DNA from: Octopus sinensis
Lineage: Eukaryota
Direction of reading: 5' to 3'
Assembly (NCBI RefSeq): GCF_006345805.1
Contig: NC_043001.1
Coordinates: 133,176,001-133,240,000 of the forward strand
Length of the DNA: 64,000 bases
Shown piece after piece: positions 25,240 to 38,009 of this stretch. The position numbers and the translations under genes were made by a program. Within the stretch, counting starts at the first letter, position 1, and every line of letters starts with the position of its first letter. The notes beneath the pieces were generated by a model. That model did not search any database and was not told the origin of the DNA. It saw only the letters and a list, made by a program, of their open reading frames with translations.

Positions 25240-25243
<4 letters not shown>

Positions 25244-25432
25244 GCGTGTGTACCATTGGCAATTTTTTTTCCTCCGTCTTCCATTCTCTGGATCTTTCCT
25301 TTTCCTATGTTTCTGACGAAGAGCTCCGCTCGAAACATAAAACCCTCCTTCTTCCCTTCCTTCCTGAGCGTCCAATAATACTATATTTGTTCCATGTCCT
25401 CGCGTTGTTGTGTTTTCATGTTTGGATTAACT
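25240..25432 (+). mobile_element. Short PLE pseudo-LTR-like repeat with minimal hammerhead (25309-25343)
   Basis: GUUU-CUGACGA-A-GAGC UCC GCUC-GAAAC-AUA-AAAC; the cleavage triplet is mutated. Confidence 0.65.
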
Positions 25433-25612
25433 TTATATATATATATGTATATGTATGTATGTATATGTATGTATGTATGTATATGTATGTATGTATGTAT
25501 GTATATGTATGTATGTATATATATGTATGTATGTATGTATATATATTTATATATGTATGTATGTATATATATGTGTGTGTATGTATATATATGTGTGTGT
25601 ATGTATGTATAT

Positions 25613-25815
25613 AGTTAATCCAAACAAGAAAGCACAAAAAAACACAACAACGCGAGGACGTGGAACAAATATAGTATTATTGAACGCTCAGGAAAGGAGG
25701 AAAGAAGGAGGGTTTAACGTTTCAAGCGGAGCTCTTCGTCGGAAACAAAGGCGAAGGAAAGATCCAGAAAAGAGAAGACAGAGGAAAAAAAATCACCAAC
25801 GGTACACACGCGGTC
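25613..25815 (-). mobile_element. Inverted second copy of the pseudo-LTR-like repeat with minimal hammerhead (25712-25746)
   Basis: GUUU-CCGACGA-A-GAGC UCC GCUU-GAAAC-GUU-AAAC. Confidence 0.65.
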
Positions 25816-26052
25816 ATATATTTATGTATGTATGAAATCCACTCACAGGTTGGCCTGAGGCTATAACAGAAGACATTTGCCCGAGATGCCACACAGTGGG
25901 ACTGAACCCGGAACCATGTGGTTGGGAATCCTTAAAAACATAGAATTTTTGGAGAAATATTTTCTCACTTTCTAGTATGGTAATTTCACGCATTCACTGA
26001 ACTGAAGTAATAACAAAAGTACCATGACAAACTATAAGTAAAAAAAAGTTCT

Positions 26053-26217
26053 GGCATAGGAGTGGCTGTGTGGTAAGTAGCTTGCTTACCTACCACATGG
26101 TTTCAAGTTCAGTCCCACTTCGTGGCACCTTGGGCGAGTGTCTTCTACTCTAGCCTTGGGCTGACCAAAGCCTTGTGAGCGGATTTGGTAGATGGAAACT
26201 GAAAGAAGCCTGTCGTA

Positions 26218-26264
<47 letters not shown>

Positions 26265-26495
26265 CATATGTATGTGCGTATATATGTTTATGTGTCTGTG
26301 TTTGTTCCCCTAGCATTGCTTGACAATCAATGCTGGTGTGTTCATGTCCCTGTAACTTAGCTGTTCGACAAAAGAGACTGATAGAATAAGTACTGAGCTT
26401 ACAAAGTATAAGTCCCGGGGTCGATTTGCTCGACTAAAGGCGGTGATCCAGCATGGCCGCAGTCAAATGACTGAAATAAGTAAAAGAGATTAAAG
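26053..26495 (+). mobile_element. SINE family A
   Basis: A box TGGCTGTGTGG, CORE-like ttgggcgagtgtcttc, internal (TA)n, tail ccagcatggccgcagtcaaatgactgaaa. Confidence 0.85.
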
Positions 26496-26647
26496 AATTT
26501 AATGAAAATCAGAAATTTGAATGTCATAAAGTTGAAAGAAAAGCTGCTTTTAGCTGTTGTGTTATGTTATACAGAAGAAAAAATTTATAATTACAAATAT
26601 AAAAATATATGTATATATTAGTTAAAATTTTAGACTTTAATTTTAAT

Positions 26648-26998
26648 ATACTTAACTTTATACAAGGTATTTACAAAGTCAGAAAACAGCACAGCTCCCA
26701 TGACTTCAGGAAACATTTTTTCACGCTGAGAGTTCCTGAAGCATGGAACAAACTGCCGGCATCAGTTGTTAGTTGTCGGAGCACTGCATCCTTCAAAACT
26801 TCAATGCTTTCTGAGATTCGCCAACACTACACCTGATTTTCTCCCCGCCATACACACACAAGCATGTATCTGACTCATACATTGTTCGCTTTCCAGACAT
26901 TTTTACATTACTGCATGTACTTTATATGCACTTTTTGACAAGTTGTGGTGCACCTGAGCACTGTATACAATAATTTCATTATTATTATTATTATTTTA
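26648..26998 (+). mobile_element. CR1/L2-type LINE 3' end
   Basis: YKVRKQHSSHDFRKHFFTLRVPEAWNKLP; (ATT)n tail. Confidence 0.8.
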
Positions 26999-27720
26999 TA
27001 CAAGCCTGTCTCAAGCTTTCAATGGCAAACTGAATAATAATTTGAAACCTGCATGAGCAAGTAATTAATTATAGTGATGTAAAATATCTAATCTTCAATT
27101 AAGCATAATGTAGAATTCTTATTCTGTAATTATCCACTGAGATCATCAAAATTTGTATATATTATTAATCATAGTAATTTTTCTATAATTATGTAATAAT
27201 CTTAATTCATATAAAAGGACATAATATAAAAATAAAAAGGTATTTAATTATCTTATCCCTTATCTTTATTTATCAGTTATCTAGTGTAGTCATCAGTAAT
27301 TCTATACATCTTATTATTCATTATAACTTCTCAATTATTATATGATAAGGTTAATTCCTATATAAGAGCTTATTATAATGAATAAATAGATATTTCATTG
27401 TCTTTTCTGTAATTTTCATTTTTTAATTATCCATTGAGAACCACAATGGTTGTATACATTGCTGAATATAATTCTTCAGTTATTATAAAATAAGGTTAAT
27501 TCCTATACAAGTATTTATTATATGAAATAAATAAATAGGTAATTAATTATTGTGATGTAAGGTATATAAGTTTCTATTAAGAATTACATAGAATTATTAT
27601 CTGTAGCTTTTATTCTTTAGGTATCTATTAAGTGTAATGTAGAATTTTTGTTTGCAGTTTTTGTTCTTTAGATATCCAGTGACATCATCAATTTTAGTAG
27701 ATAAATATACTTGCTTTCTA

Positions 27721-28938
27721 CATCATCATCATCATCGTTTAACGTCCGTTCTCCATACTAGCATGGGTTGGACGGTTCGACCGGGGATCTAGGAAGCCAC
27801 AAGGCTGTCCCAGGCTCCAGACTTATCTGGCAATGTTTCTACAGCTGGATGCCCTTCCTAATGCCAACCACTCCGTGAGTGTAGTGGATGCTTTTTACGT
27901 GCCACCCGCACAGGTGCCAGGTGAGGCTGGCAACGGCCACGGTCGGATTGGTGCATTTTACGTGCCACCGGCACGGAAGCCAGTTGAGGCGGCACTGGCT
28001 TCGGCCACGATTCGGATGGTGCTTTTTACGTGTCACCGGCACGGAAGCCAGTCGAGGCAGTGCTGGCATCGGCTACGATTCGGATAGTGCTTTTTACGTA
28101 CCACCAGTCCAGGGGTCCTGGCATCTGCCGGGTGCCAGTCATAGGATTGATTCAATTTCGATTTCGATTTCACTTGCCCCAACATGTCTTCGCAAGCAAA
28201 GGGGGTTGGCATGGGTGCCTGTCGTCGGATGAGGTTCAATATCGACTTCGCTTGCCTCAACATGTCTTTGTGTCTAAGGGAGGAAAGGCATGCATAAGTG
28301 GGCTGGGCTCACTTGTCCTGCCTGGTCTTCTCACGTACAGCATATTTCCAAAGGTCTCGGTCGCTGGTCATTTCCTCAGTGAGGCCTAAAGTTCGAAGGT
28401 CGTGTTTTACCACCTCGTCCCAGGTTTTCCTGGGTCTACCTCTTCCACGGGTTCCCTCAACTGCTAGGGATTGGCACTTTTTCACACTCCTATCTTCATC
28501 CATTCTCGCCTCGTGACCATACCAGCGCAATCATCTTTCTTGCACACCACAACTGATGCTTCTTAGGTACAACATTTCTCTCAAGGTACTAACGCTCTGT
28601 CGAGTATGTACACTGACATTACACATCCATCGGAGCATACTGGCTTCATTCCTCGCGAGCTTACGCATGTCCTCAGCAGTCACAGCCCATGTTTCACCGC
28701 CATGTAGCATGGCTGTTCGTACACATGCATCATACAGTCTGCCTTTTACTCTGAGCGAGAGGCCTTTAGTCACCAGCAGAGGTAAGAGCTCCCTAAACTT
28801 TGCCCAGGCTATTCTTATTCTAGCAGTTACACTTTCAACGCACCCACCCCCACTACTGACTTGGTCACCTAGATAATGGAAGCTATCAACTACTTCTAGT
28901 TTTTTCCCCTGGAAAGTGACGGAAGTTGTTTTCTGCAG
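27721..28938 (-). mobile_element. 5'-truncated RTE family D insertion
   Basis: ORF pieces LRWYGH...GRPRKTWDEVVKHDL and GRLYDACVRTAMLHG; TSD CTTTCTACAT at 27714-27723 and 29044-29053. Confidence 0.9.
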
Positions 28939-29061
28939 TAATTATATACATCTTATTATTCATTATAACTTCTCAATTATTATATGATAAGGTTAATTCC
29001 TATATAAGAGCTTATTATAATGAATAAATAGATATTTCATTGTCTTTCTACATTAGGCTTT

Positions 29062-29430
29062 TTTATTACCTACACATTAGTGAAGGTGAAGGTATTGTTT
29101 ACAGTTGTGTTTGTTTATTTGTCTATGGACAAGATATCTCAAGAACTGCCAGACAGATTCACATGAAACTTTCAGGGGTGTTTGGCCTCATGACACATGA
29201 ACTGATTAGATTTTGGGATCGATTTGGCACCAGATAAGGATTCTGGATTATTTTTCCGGTTTTTTCACTTAATTTTTGAGAGTGGTCGGGTTCATTTTTA
29301 GTATTCTCATTTGTGAGAGCAGTCAAGTTCATTTCAGATATTCTCATTTTAAAATTCATCTCTGGCTAATTGTTGAGGGGACATTGGTGTTGCCTTGGCA
29401 GAGGTTTGCGCTCTCTGAGTGCTCTTGTTT
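29062..29430 (+). mobile_element. Probable non-autonomous Helentron (HINE-like)
   Basis: Starts ttattacct...; ends ggcagaggtttGCGCTC tct GAGTGC tcttgtt (subterminal inverted repeat plus hairpin). Confidence 0.5.
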
Positions 29431-29939
29431 TTCTTTTATGTCTATTTCAAACTGTCAAAAAGTATGGAGTTAGTAGTGTATTTTTTATAGACTAAGTTAG
29501 TCATTCAATGACATTGCTCTTGGTTGAATGAAATGTCTAAAGTTAAATTTGGTTTGGTGTTTCTTGTTGTTAGCATTTTTTAACAGCTAAAATTTTTTCA
29601 GATGTTCAGTTAGAATTTTACCAATATAGATTACCTCAATAATGTTGTGTTGACATAAATTTTCATACATATTATTATTATTAATTTTAACAATATTATG
29701 TGTATATATATATACCTTACATCACAATAATTAATTACCTATTTATTTAATATAATAAATCCTTGAATAAGAATTAACTTTATTTTATAGTAACTGAAGA
29801 ATTATATTCAGCAACGTATACAACCATTACTTACTCTCTATATTAAGCACTTTAATAGAAATTAACCTCATTATATAATAAATGATTAATCAAAAGATTA
29901 TTATAATTAATAATTGAAATATTTGAATGTCTTACTAAA

Positions 29940-30870
29940 TTTATGGCAACATCTTAAGTTAAGTGCCCATTAAAGTTCAATAAAATTAATTTAGAAGTAA
30001 TTATAAAATATAATTCTTTGGGGCAAAGATCACAAGTAGAATTACCAATATTATATGATGGTGCATAACTAATAATAAACCACTTTAAATCATATGTAAT
30101 ATTGTTATCCTTTAAATTCCAAATGTATTTACTAAGGATTAGTAGAATTACATTTTTTTCTATATTTAAAGGGTGGCTATAAAATCTAGATTTCCAACTA
30201 GTAGCAGAAGAACCAATATGCCAATACTTATGATGTCTAGTTACTTTACACTGATATACTATATTCTTCTTTAAACACTGATTTCCTAAAGGGCATCAAG
30301 TTTTTTTGGTTTTTTTTACACAATTACACATGGATTTCTTCACTTTTAGATAGTTATAAGAATTTCTTCAAGCACCTGACTGTAAAATAGGTGATAAGGT
30401 TGGATTATAATTATTATTAATAATAGAATTAATATTAATACGAAGTAAAAGACTAACTATATTATCAGCATTTTGCCCAATTATAGAGTCTAGACCTTGT
30501 TCTGAATGATTATCAATAACGTTAATTTCACTATACATATTATCAGTTCTACAATTATTTATAGATTTAAAATTTAGATATTCTCTAATTCTCTGTTTAT
30601 TTTATGCTGCAATAATCTCAGCTAAATTTCTAGTGGTTGAACATGAAAACTTAACATTATGTCTATTAAATAAATTTTCATATTTACTTGAAGATGGAAA
30701 ATACCTATCTAGCACCGCAAAGAATTTATGAGGGATATTAAAAGCTATTGAATATGAAAATGGAGCATTATGTCATATAATGCTTGTTGAGCTATTATTC
30801 TTATTATTTCTATAAACTTTTTTGTCAATATTACTTTTATTAAAATTGGGTTGTTTTCTATTATAATTTT
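29940..30870 (-). mobile_element. Penelope-like linker and GIY-YIG relic
   Basis: IIWHNAPFS...FP...LFNRHNVKFS; CPLGNQCLKKNIVYQCKV/HIGSSATSWKSRFYSH; LSKYIWNLKD. Frameshifted. Confidence 0.7.
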
Positions 30871-31713
30871 TATTCATAAAAATGCTTCAGATGTCTGGTT
30901 AACAGTTTGACCAGCAGGAACAAATTCTGTGTGGGCAGTTCCTTTCACATTCATGAAACAAATCATCATTGTCTTCCACTGCACTTTACTTGACCTACCT
31001 TTTGGGGGCATGGTGACATTGAATGCTTCAATTGACTTAATTGCTGCTTCATTTCTGGGAGAGCTGTAAGACCAGCTTTCATCACCAGTGATGGCCTTCA
31101 AAAAAATGGTTTGGACCAACTTCCAACTGTTCTTTCAGTTCACAACATGCATTCAATCATGACTACTGTTGATCTTCTGTGAGCAAGCGAGGCACAAATT
31201 TTGGTGCAACCTTTTCATTTGCAATTCCTCACTCAAAATTCATTAGGAGGATCTCCAGGACACACCAGCCATATAAGCAAGTTTGTCAAATTTTCAGCGA
31301 CAGTCCTCCAAGATCAGTTCATGAATTTTCATGATGTTTTTATTTGTTCAGTAGGTTGATGGTCGCCCTGAACAAGCAACAAGTTACCATTCCTAAAGTG
31401 TGGAAACCACTTGTAAATTTGTGTTTTGCTCATGGTAGCATCCTTGTAAGCTGTTTGAAACATGACAACTGTTTCAGCCACCGTTTTCCCCTGCAGAAAA
31501 CAGAATTTCACGGAAACACACTGTTCCATTGTTACAGCCATCTCAAAAATCAATGAACTGTAAAACAAAGACACACTATGACTTCAGTTGATGCTACTGG
31601 TTGGCAGACTGATGTCTGAGGGTCGCATCAAGTGGATTCTTGTGGTGGAAGCCTGAACTACAATGGGCTTGTCCCACAGAGAACATTTCCAGTTACCTTT
31701 GGGTACTCCCTTG
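30871..31713 (-). mobile_element. mariner-type transposase relic with one TIR
   Basis: MEQCVSVKFCF.QGKTVAET (HTH), ITGDESW, TMMICF...EFVP.GQTVN; terminus TA|CAAGGGAGTACCC at 31713. Confidence 0.8.
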
Positions 31714-31839
31714 TATATATGAATGTATATATACATATATATACATGCACACACACACACACACACACACACACCACACACACACACACATAGTGCTCCA
31801 GCTTGACCACAGTCATATGGCTGAAATGAATAAAAGAAT

Positions 31840-31897
<58 letters not shown>

Positions 31898-31898
31898 G

Positions 31899-31940
<42 letters not shown>

Positions 31941-32823
31941 TACATGTATGTATATGTGTCATGTGCTTGATATATTTACATGCAGCAGAACAAAATATAA
32001 GATCAAAATGGACTAATGGAAGAGAAAATTCTTTACCAAAGAATTGTCCCTTTATCTCTGGGATAGAGGAGAGAAGATTTCCCCCAAAGCATATAGACCC
32101 ATGCCTACTGGTACACCTTGACCCCATTCTGCAGAGCCTGATAGTATACTTTGGTATCCAGTATGGATGGAATGACATCTTGTTAGATAATACAGTTTAC
32201 TCTGATTGGTATGTCATGGTCTGCCGTTCAATAAAGTCAATTTCTTGATTATCCATACACACAGGTCTGACACTGTTTGGTATATTCAAGTAGATTATGA
32301 ATGAAAACATGATATATGTATAGTTAATCAATCAAACTGTTTGTCTACAACTTCATGCTAAGCCAGCCAAGGGATTAACACACCTCCCCAGAGATGTATG
32401 TGCAACACTTACTGTCAGGTATTGTGCTTAGCAACAAACTTCATCTTTCAAAATAACAAAATGAAAGTGGATTATATGAATATGGTGTATTTGGGTTATA
32501 TAGAGGACTGTTACTTGTCAACCATTACAACCTATATCTAGAAATTGATTTTATTGTGAAACATGCATTAGTATTATGAAGTTTTGAATTATAATTCATG
32601 ACAGTCAAAACGGATTTATCAGCCACTATGTGTGTGTGCATGCGTGTGTGTGTGTATTTATACACTACCATCCTGTCTATGCTCTGAACCCCATTCATTG
32701 TGAGTACACCCTGGCACTTCACCATTATCTCTCTCCTGCTCTCTCTTGCACTCTTGCTGTCTCTCCCTTGCTCTTCCCTCTGTCTGGGTGGCCAAATATG
32801 CTTCTACTCTTCAGAACTAGCTA

Positions 32824-33282
32824 CCGTATTTGACGGCATATTAGACGCACTGGCATATTAGACGCACCCTCATTTCAGCAGGTCAAATTCAGGAAAAAAA
32901 GTTTTAAGTGTATTTAAGCATATATCGTTGAAAGCAGTCTAGCAGCACATTACAAAAGCAGAAAACATTGCTGTATAAAAGCAAGCATACAAAAGGAAAG
33001 CATACAAATTACAATAGTAATCGTCTTTAATCATCTTTTTAACCAGAAAACTCTTCATCATCTTCTACACCAGAAAAGTCTTCATCATCTTCAAAACAAG
33101 GAACATCTTCATCACTACTGCTGAAATCACTGTCTTCAAATAATGCATCATCTTCTGTGCCATCAAGGGCATTGCTAATGATTAGCCTACGGGAGGGTCT
33201 TGACTTAGCATATTAGACGCAGGGCGATTTTTTGAGCCAAATTTTTTGGAAAAAAGTGCGTCCTATATGCCGTCAAATACGG
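32824..33282 (-). mobile_element. pogo-type internal-deletion derivative (MITE)
   Basis: TA TSD; 27-bp TIRs match at 25/27; retains the acidic transposase C-terminus ISNALDGTEDDALFE... Confidence 0.85.
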
Positions 33283-34523
33283 TAATTACAAATCTATTCC
33301 ATCCAATACACTTGTCTCTCCTCTTCATTATCCATTCTGTGTCTTCCTTTCCATAATCCACACTAACTACTAATACCAATTCTTCATCTCCTGAATATTA
33401 TCTTTCTTCAAGTCCTGTTCTGCATATAGTTTCCCTGAAGATGTTGACTTTTAGATCAAGTGAGATTTAACATGGTACATACTCTTTAGCTCATCACAAA
33501 CTTATGCTGTTCAATAAAACATTTGGTCTCTATTTTAAAGAGGGTAGGAATTTTTCTTTAAGATCTTACCTACTGAAAGAAACCCGTCGTGTGTGTGTGT
33601 ATGTGTGATGTGTCTGCCCAATCACCCAACTGCTTGACCAATAATGTTGGTTTGTTTACAGCCCTGTAACTTAACAGTTGTGTGTGTGTGTGTATCTATG
33701 TTTCCTCCTCCTCACTACTTGACAACCTGTGTTGGTTTGTTTATGTCCCTTCAACTCTGTAATTAGGTAAAAAAAAAAAACCAACAGAATACATATCAGA
33801 CTTAAAAAAAAAATTATAAGTAGTGGGGTCAATTTGTTTCACTAAACCTTCCAAGGTAATGCTCCAGCATGGCCGCAATACAATTCCTGAAAAGATTAAA
33901 AGATAAAGAATCCAGTTATTGAAATTTGCAAAAAAAACTTCACCATGAAAAGAAAACTAATTCTAGCAACATAGAGAATGGTATTTGTAGTAATGGATTC
34001 TGATTCTATATATGTGAAGAGGTTGTACAAAATCTATATGCTGATAAGCAATTTTTTAACTCGAACAGAGTATTCCACATCAACCCACCAGAAAATAACT
34101 GATGCTAGTAATGAGGATAAAATGATAAAAATTGCTGAATTTTTATTCTATCAAAAAAATGTAAAAATATGAACTTTTATGAGTTTTATTTTAGCTGATA
34201 TTTTACTCAAAAGTTACCAGGTAACTATTTCTAAGATATGTATTAGGTAGAAATTTGAATAAAGTGTTTTCATTAGATGATGCGATGTCCGTAATGGTAA
34301 ATTGTTTATCTACATTCAATGAACTACAAATAAAATATTTTGATCTTTAATTAATTTTACAATAGATGTAGATCTTCTGTCATGTTTTTCAAAATTTTGA
34401 CAAAAATGTACTTGTTTTTATTCTTTTATCTTTGTCTGAAATGTTTTTCTTTCCTTATTGACTTCTTCAGAGACAGCTGGGTACTTGACCCATGGAACCT
34501 TTCAGCTACGAAGATGCATAGTT

Positions 34524-36113
34524 ATGGCCGAACCAGAAAGCTTCAGATTAAATTTATCAGACTCTAACAAATTTTTAGGTAATAATAATGATGACAATGA
34601 TGACGATGATGACGACGATGATGATGATGATATCCGAAGTGTTTGCAGTCAGTTAAATGATGATCAAGACACTCATAGAACTTTGGATGACTCTATAACT
34701 CACTCTCAAAGAAAACCTGATTTAAGCTCTGGTGATTATGAAAGAAAACTAGAAGGGAACTTGTTAGAAACCCATTCTGATAGATCTGAAAATTCAAAAT
34801 CTTTATATTCAAGAAAGAGTTCCAATAAAAATATGGCAACAGTCCAACGTGGTTTAGAAAAGATTCCTAATATGTACAATATTCATAGAGAAGAAATGGT
34901 AGAACTGGTTCAGGAACAAGTTTATCAGAGAGAACTACAACAACGAATTTCTCACAATGAAAATGTTGACGCCAGATTTTCCTTCCAAAACCTCCCAATG
35001 AAAGATACCAACGACGATGAATGTGATGATAGGTCTGAAAATAGAAATGGTAGTTATGAAGATCTTTATGATTCTCTTGAAGCAAATGGCCAATATAAAG
35101 AAGAAGAAGAAGAAGGTAATAATGAAATCAAAACTTCTCAAAGTAAATTTGATGATCGTTTGGATCAATTCTACTTGAAGAGTCCTCAGAAAGAAAATAG
35201 AGTTTTGGGACCCATAAAAGGGGACCATGAGATTAGTGTTCAGAAATGGTCTGAGGAACAACTATTCAATGAGTTTAAAAAGATAGCTGATGGGTATGAT
35301 GAAAACAGTGTAGGAATGCATCATCAACAATCACCCAGACCCAGTTTGGAAACAAGTAATAACTACTGGCAACTAAATTCAAATAATAAAAGCACAAAAC
35401 ATAGAACATATTCAGGTAAAGAGAACATAGACTATTTACCTTTGGTTAGAAAACCAAATGGTCCCTCAAAGCCCTCAATGAACTATGTGGAATTCAATAA
35501 ATTCAATTATGATAAACCTATTAAGAACCAATCTTACAAAGACTTACATTCTCAAAGAAAATATAGCTCTAAACCAGAAAGTTTTCATCGAAACAGCAGT
35601 TCAGGAAGAAGCGAACCTGCACTAAGTCATCAAGAAATAACAAGGCCTTTACTTCAGAAAAAACCAGCTTCTGCTGAGGATCTGTGGAGAAAGCGCTCCA
35701 CACAACTTGTCCATGAACTAGAGCGCAAGTTACCACCAGTTGGGAAGCTTCAAAAATTTCCTAGTGATAGTAAAGTCAACTATCAGACTACTAAACCTTA
35801 CCATTTACAACCATTGAAGCCAATTCCTCCCCCAGCTGCACAATCACCGAGGGATATTTATGGGGGTAATGCTCCATTGTACCAGACTAAAGTCATTGAT
35901 TTGGATCCGATTTCTAAGGACTTTCTCACAGACGATGGTCAACGCATAAGTGTTGACATCAACTTGAAGCTGCTTTCTCCACCAGCTTCAACTCGTTACC
36001 ATCATGCTGATGGTATGCAAACTTTTGGATTTCCACCTCCAGATAACAGCTATAAAGTCTTCCCAAAAATGGCAGATTATCAAAATATGGATGAAGTCGC
36101 CAATTATGAAAAG
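34524..36113 (+). CDS. JHY: JHY-like protein, first coding exon (530 codons, low-complexity acidic/Ser-rich N-terminal region)
   Basis: Only long non-repeat ORF in the window. Acceptor cttcttcag| at 34470, ATG at 34524 (gttATGG), donor AAG|GTAAGA after 36113 in phase 0. The family call comes from the downstream exons, not this one. Confidence 0.75.
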
Positions 36114-36210
36114 GTAAGAATTATTTTTCCATTTGTTTCTTGACATGGTAATTCTTGTGTAACTTGCTTTTGAAACAGAATCTCTTTCTATCTTAATGTG
36201 TAGACATGTC

Positions 36211-36249
<39 letters not shown>

Positions 36250-37387
36250 GTGTGTGTGTGTGTACATGTGTGTGTATGAATGTGTCCACATGGCATTGGA
36301 GTAGGTATGGACATGTACCTGTGTCTGTGTATGTGTGGATATGTCTCTTCATTTGTGTGTGTGTTTATGAGGAGTACATGTTTATTTCTGGGTGGTACAC
36401 ATGTGTATGTGTGTGGACACCTCTTCATATTTGTATCTACATGTACATGTGCAGTACACATTTATACATGTGTGTGACCATGTCTATGTGAATATATATG
36501 TAAATGTGTGTGTGTGCACTTTGTGCAGGTCTGTATCCTGGTGTGTTTGTATATATCTGCACACACTACTATTCTATATCAATTTCACATGTGATTGTGA
36601 GATAGTGTGGCTGTCACTTCCATCACTGTCTCTTTATATTATGACTATCTTTACCATTACTGACCACAAATGGTAGGGATGTTTTTCCATTGGTATGGCT
36701 GCTCCTCCCAACACTGACCATATGTCATATAGATGTCCTTCCTGCACTGACTACAGATTGTCTGACTAACCCTCTTGCCGCTATCCACTCAACTACGAAT
36801 TGGGCTCAAAGCCTGCCTTTATGTTCATCAAAGTAATTCAGGAAAGTTAGAGTTAGGTGCTTAGCTCAGAGGTACCACATGATGACCAAATGGTCAGTAG
36901 TCCAGCATGGTTTAAGTCTGCCATCTGGTACTTGGTTGCCTTTAGCAGAATCCACAGAGGTGCAAATAACTTTAACTACTGACTGAAAGCTATAGCAATG
37001 GTTATGCAACCTTACCTTAAGTTTCATGCTGCAGGCACTTACATAAACGGACCAGGATACATTTGTAGTTACTAAACACCTGAATATGATGTGCATAACA
37101 AAACATTGTTCATGGGGCAGCAGGACGGGTATTTCTAGTGGCTGAAGTGAGTTGACTCTTCACTTTTCTCCTTGCAACAATGGCTTACACCCATAGCTAA
37201 TCCAACCTGAAGAAAACCCATATCTCCTGTCTGAGTATACACATTGAGTTGTTCTGTGTCCCTTCATCTCCCCTTACCAAATGTGGAGACCTTTCGCCAA
37301 ACAAGTCACAAAATATGTTTGTATGTATGCAGGGATAAGTTTAAATATGTAATATCAATGCATGCATGGAAAAGTGGGTGTTTCATA

Positions 37388-37624
37388 TATACCTATTTCT
37401 TTACTACCCACAAGGGGCTAAAGACAGAGGGGACAAACAAGGACAGACATAGGTATTAAGTCGATTACATCGACCCCAGTGCGTAACTGGTACTTTATTT
37501 ATCGACCCCGAAAGGATGAAAGGCAAAGCCGACCTCGGTGGAATTTGAACTCAGAACGTAGTGGCAGACAAAATACCGCTAAGCATTTCGCCCGGCGAGC
37601 TAACGTTTCTGCCAGCTCGCCGCC
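37388..37624 (-). mobile_element. SINE family C
   Basis: TSD TTCATATATA near both ends. Confidence 0.85.
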
Positions 37625-37642
37625 TTTGTTCATATATATATA

Positions 37643-37679
<37 letters not shown>

Positions 37680-38009
37680 GGTGGTGGTGGAAGTCGAGTA
37701 GTGTGGTCCAAAAAGATCTTGGTACAGGTACCTAGTAAGCATCAAGCATGTGTACGGCTTGTGTAGCTGACATAAAGTGAATGATACTTATCAAACAAGC
37801 TTATTAATCAATATGTATTATACACTTCATCCCATGCTGACTTAGATGGAGATTTCAAAAAAACGACAGCTACTATACAACTCACAGTCTAGTAATGAAG
37901 ATTGCTAATTACGTAATCATAAGTTAAAGGGTGTTGGGGATGGAGAAAGCAAATCTGTACTACATTTGTTTCCAAGTCACCTCGAACATCAAAGGTGTAA
38001 CATTATATA

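Larger units (their letters stand above)
24960..25925 (-). mobile_element. SINE family A split by an inverted pair of PLE-type terminal repeats
   Basis: 3' half at 24960-25200 and 5' remnant at 25835-25925. Confidence 0.65.

Noticed and set aside
34458-34523. ORF-track start at TTG 34458 and read-through to 36143
   Set aside because: The TTG lies upstream of the acceptor at 34470, and the ORF end runs past the donor at 36113. The ATG at 34524 is the plausible start.
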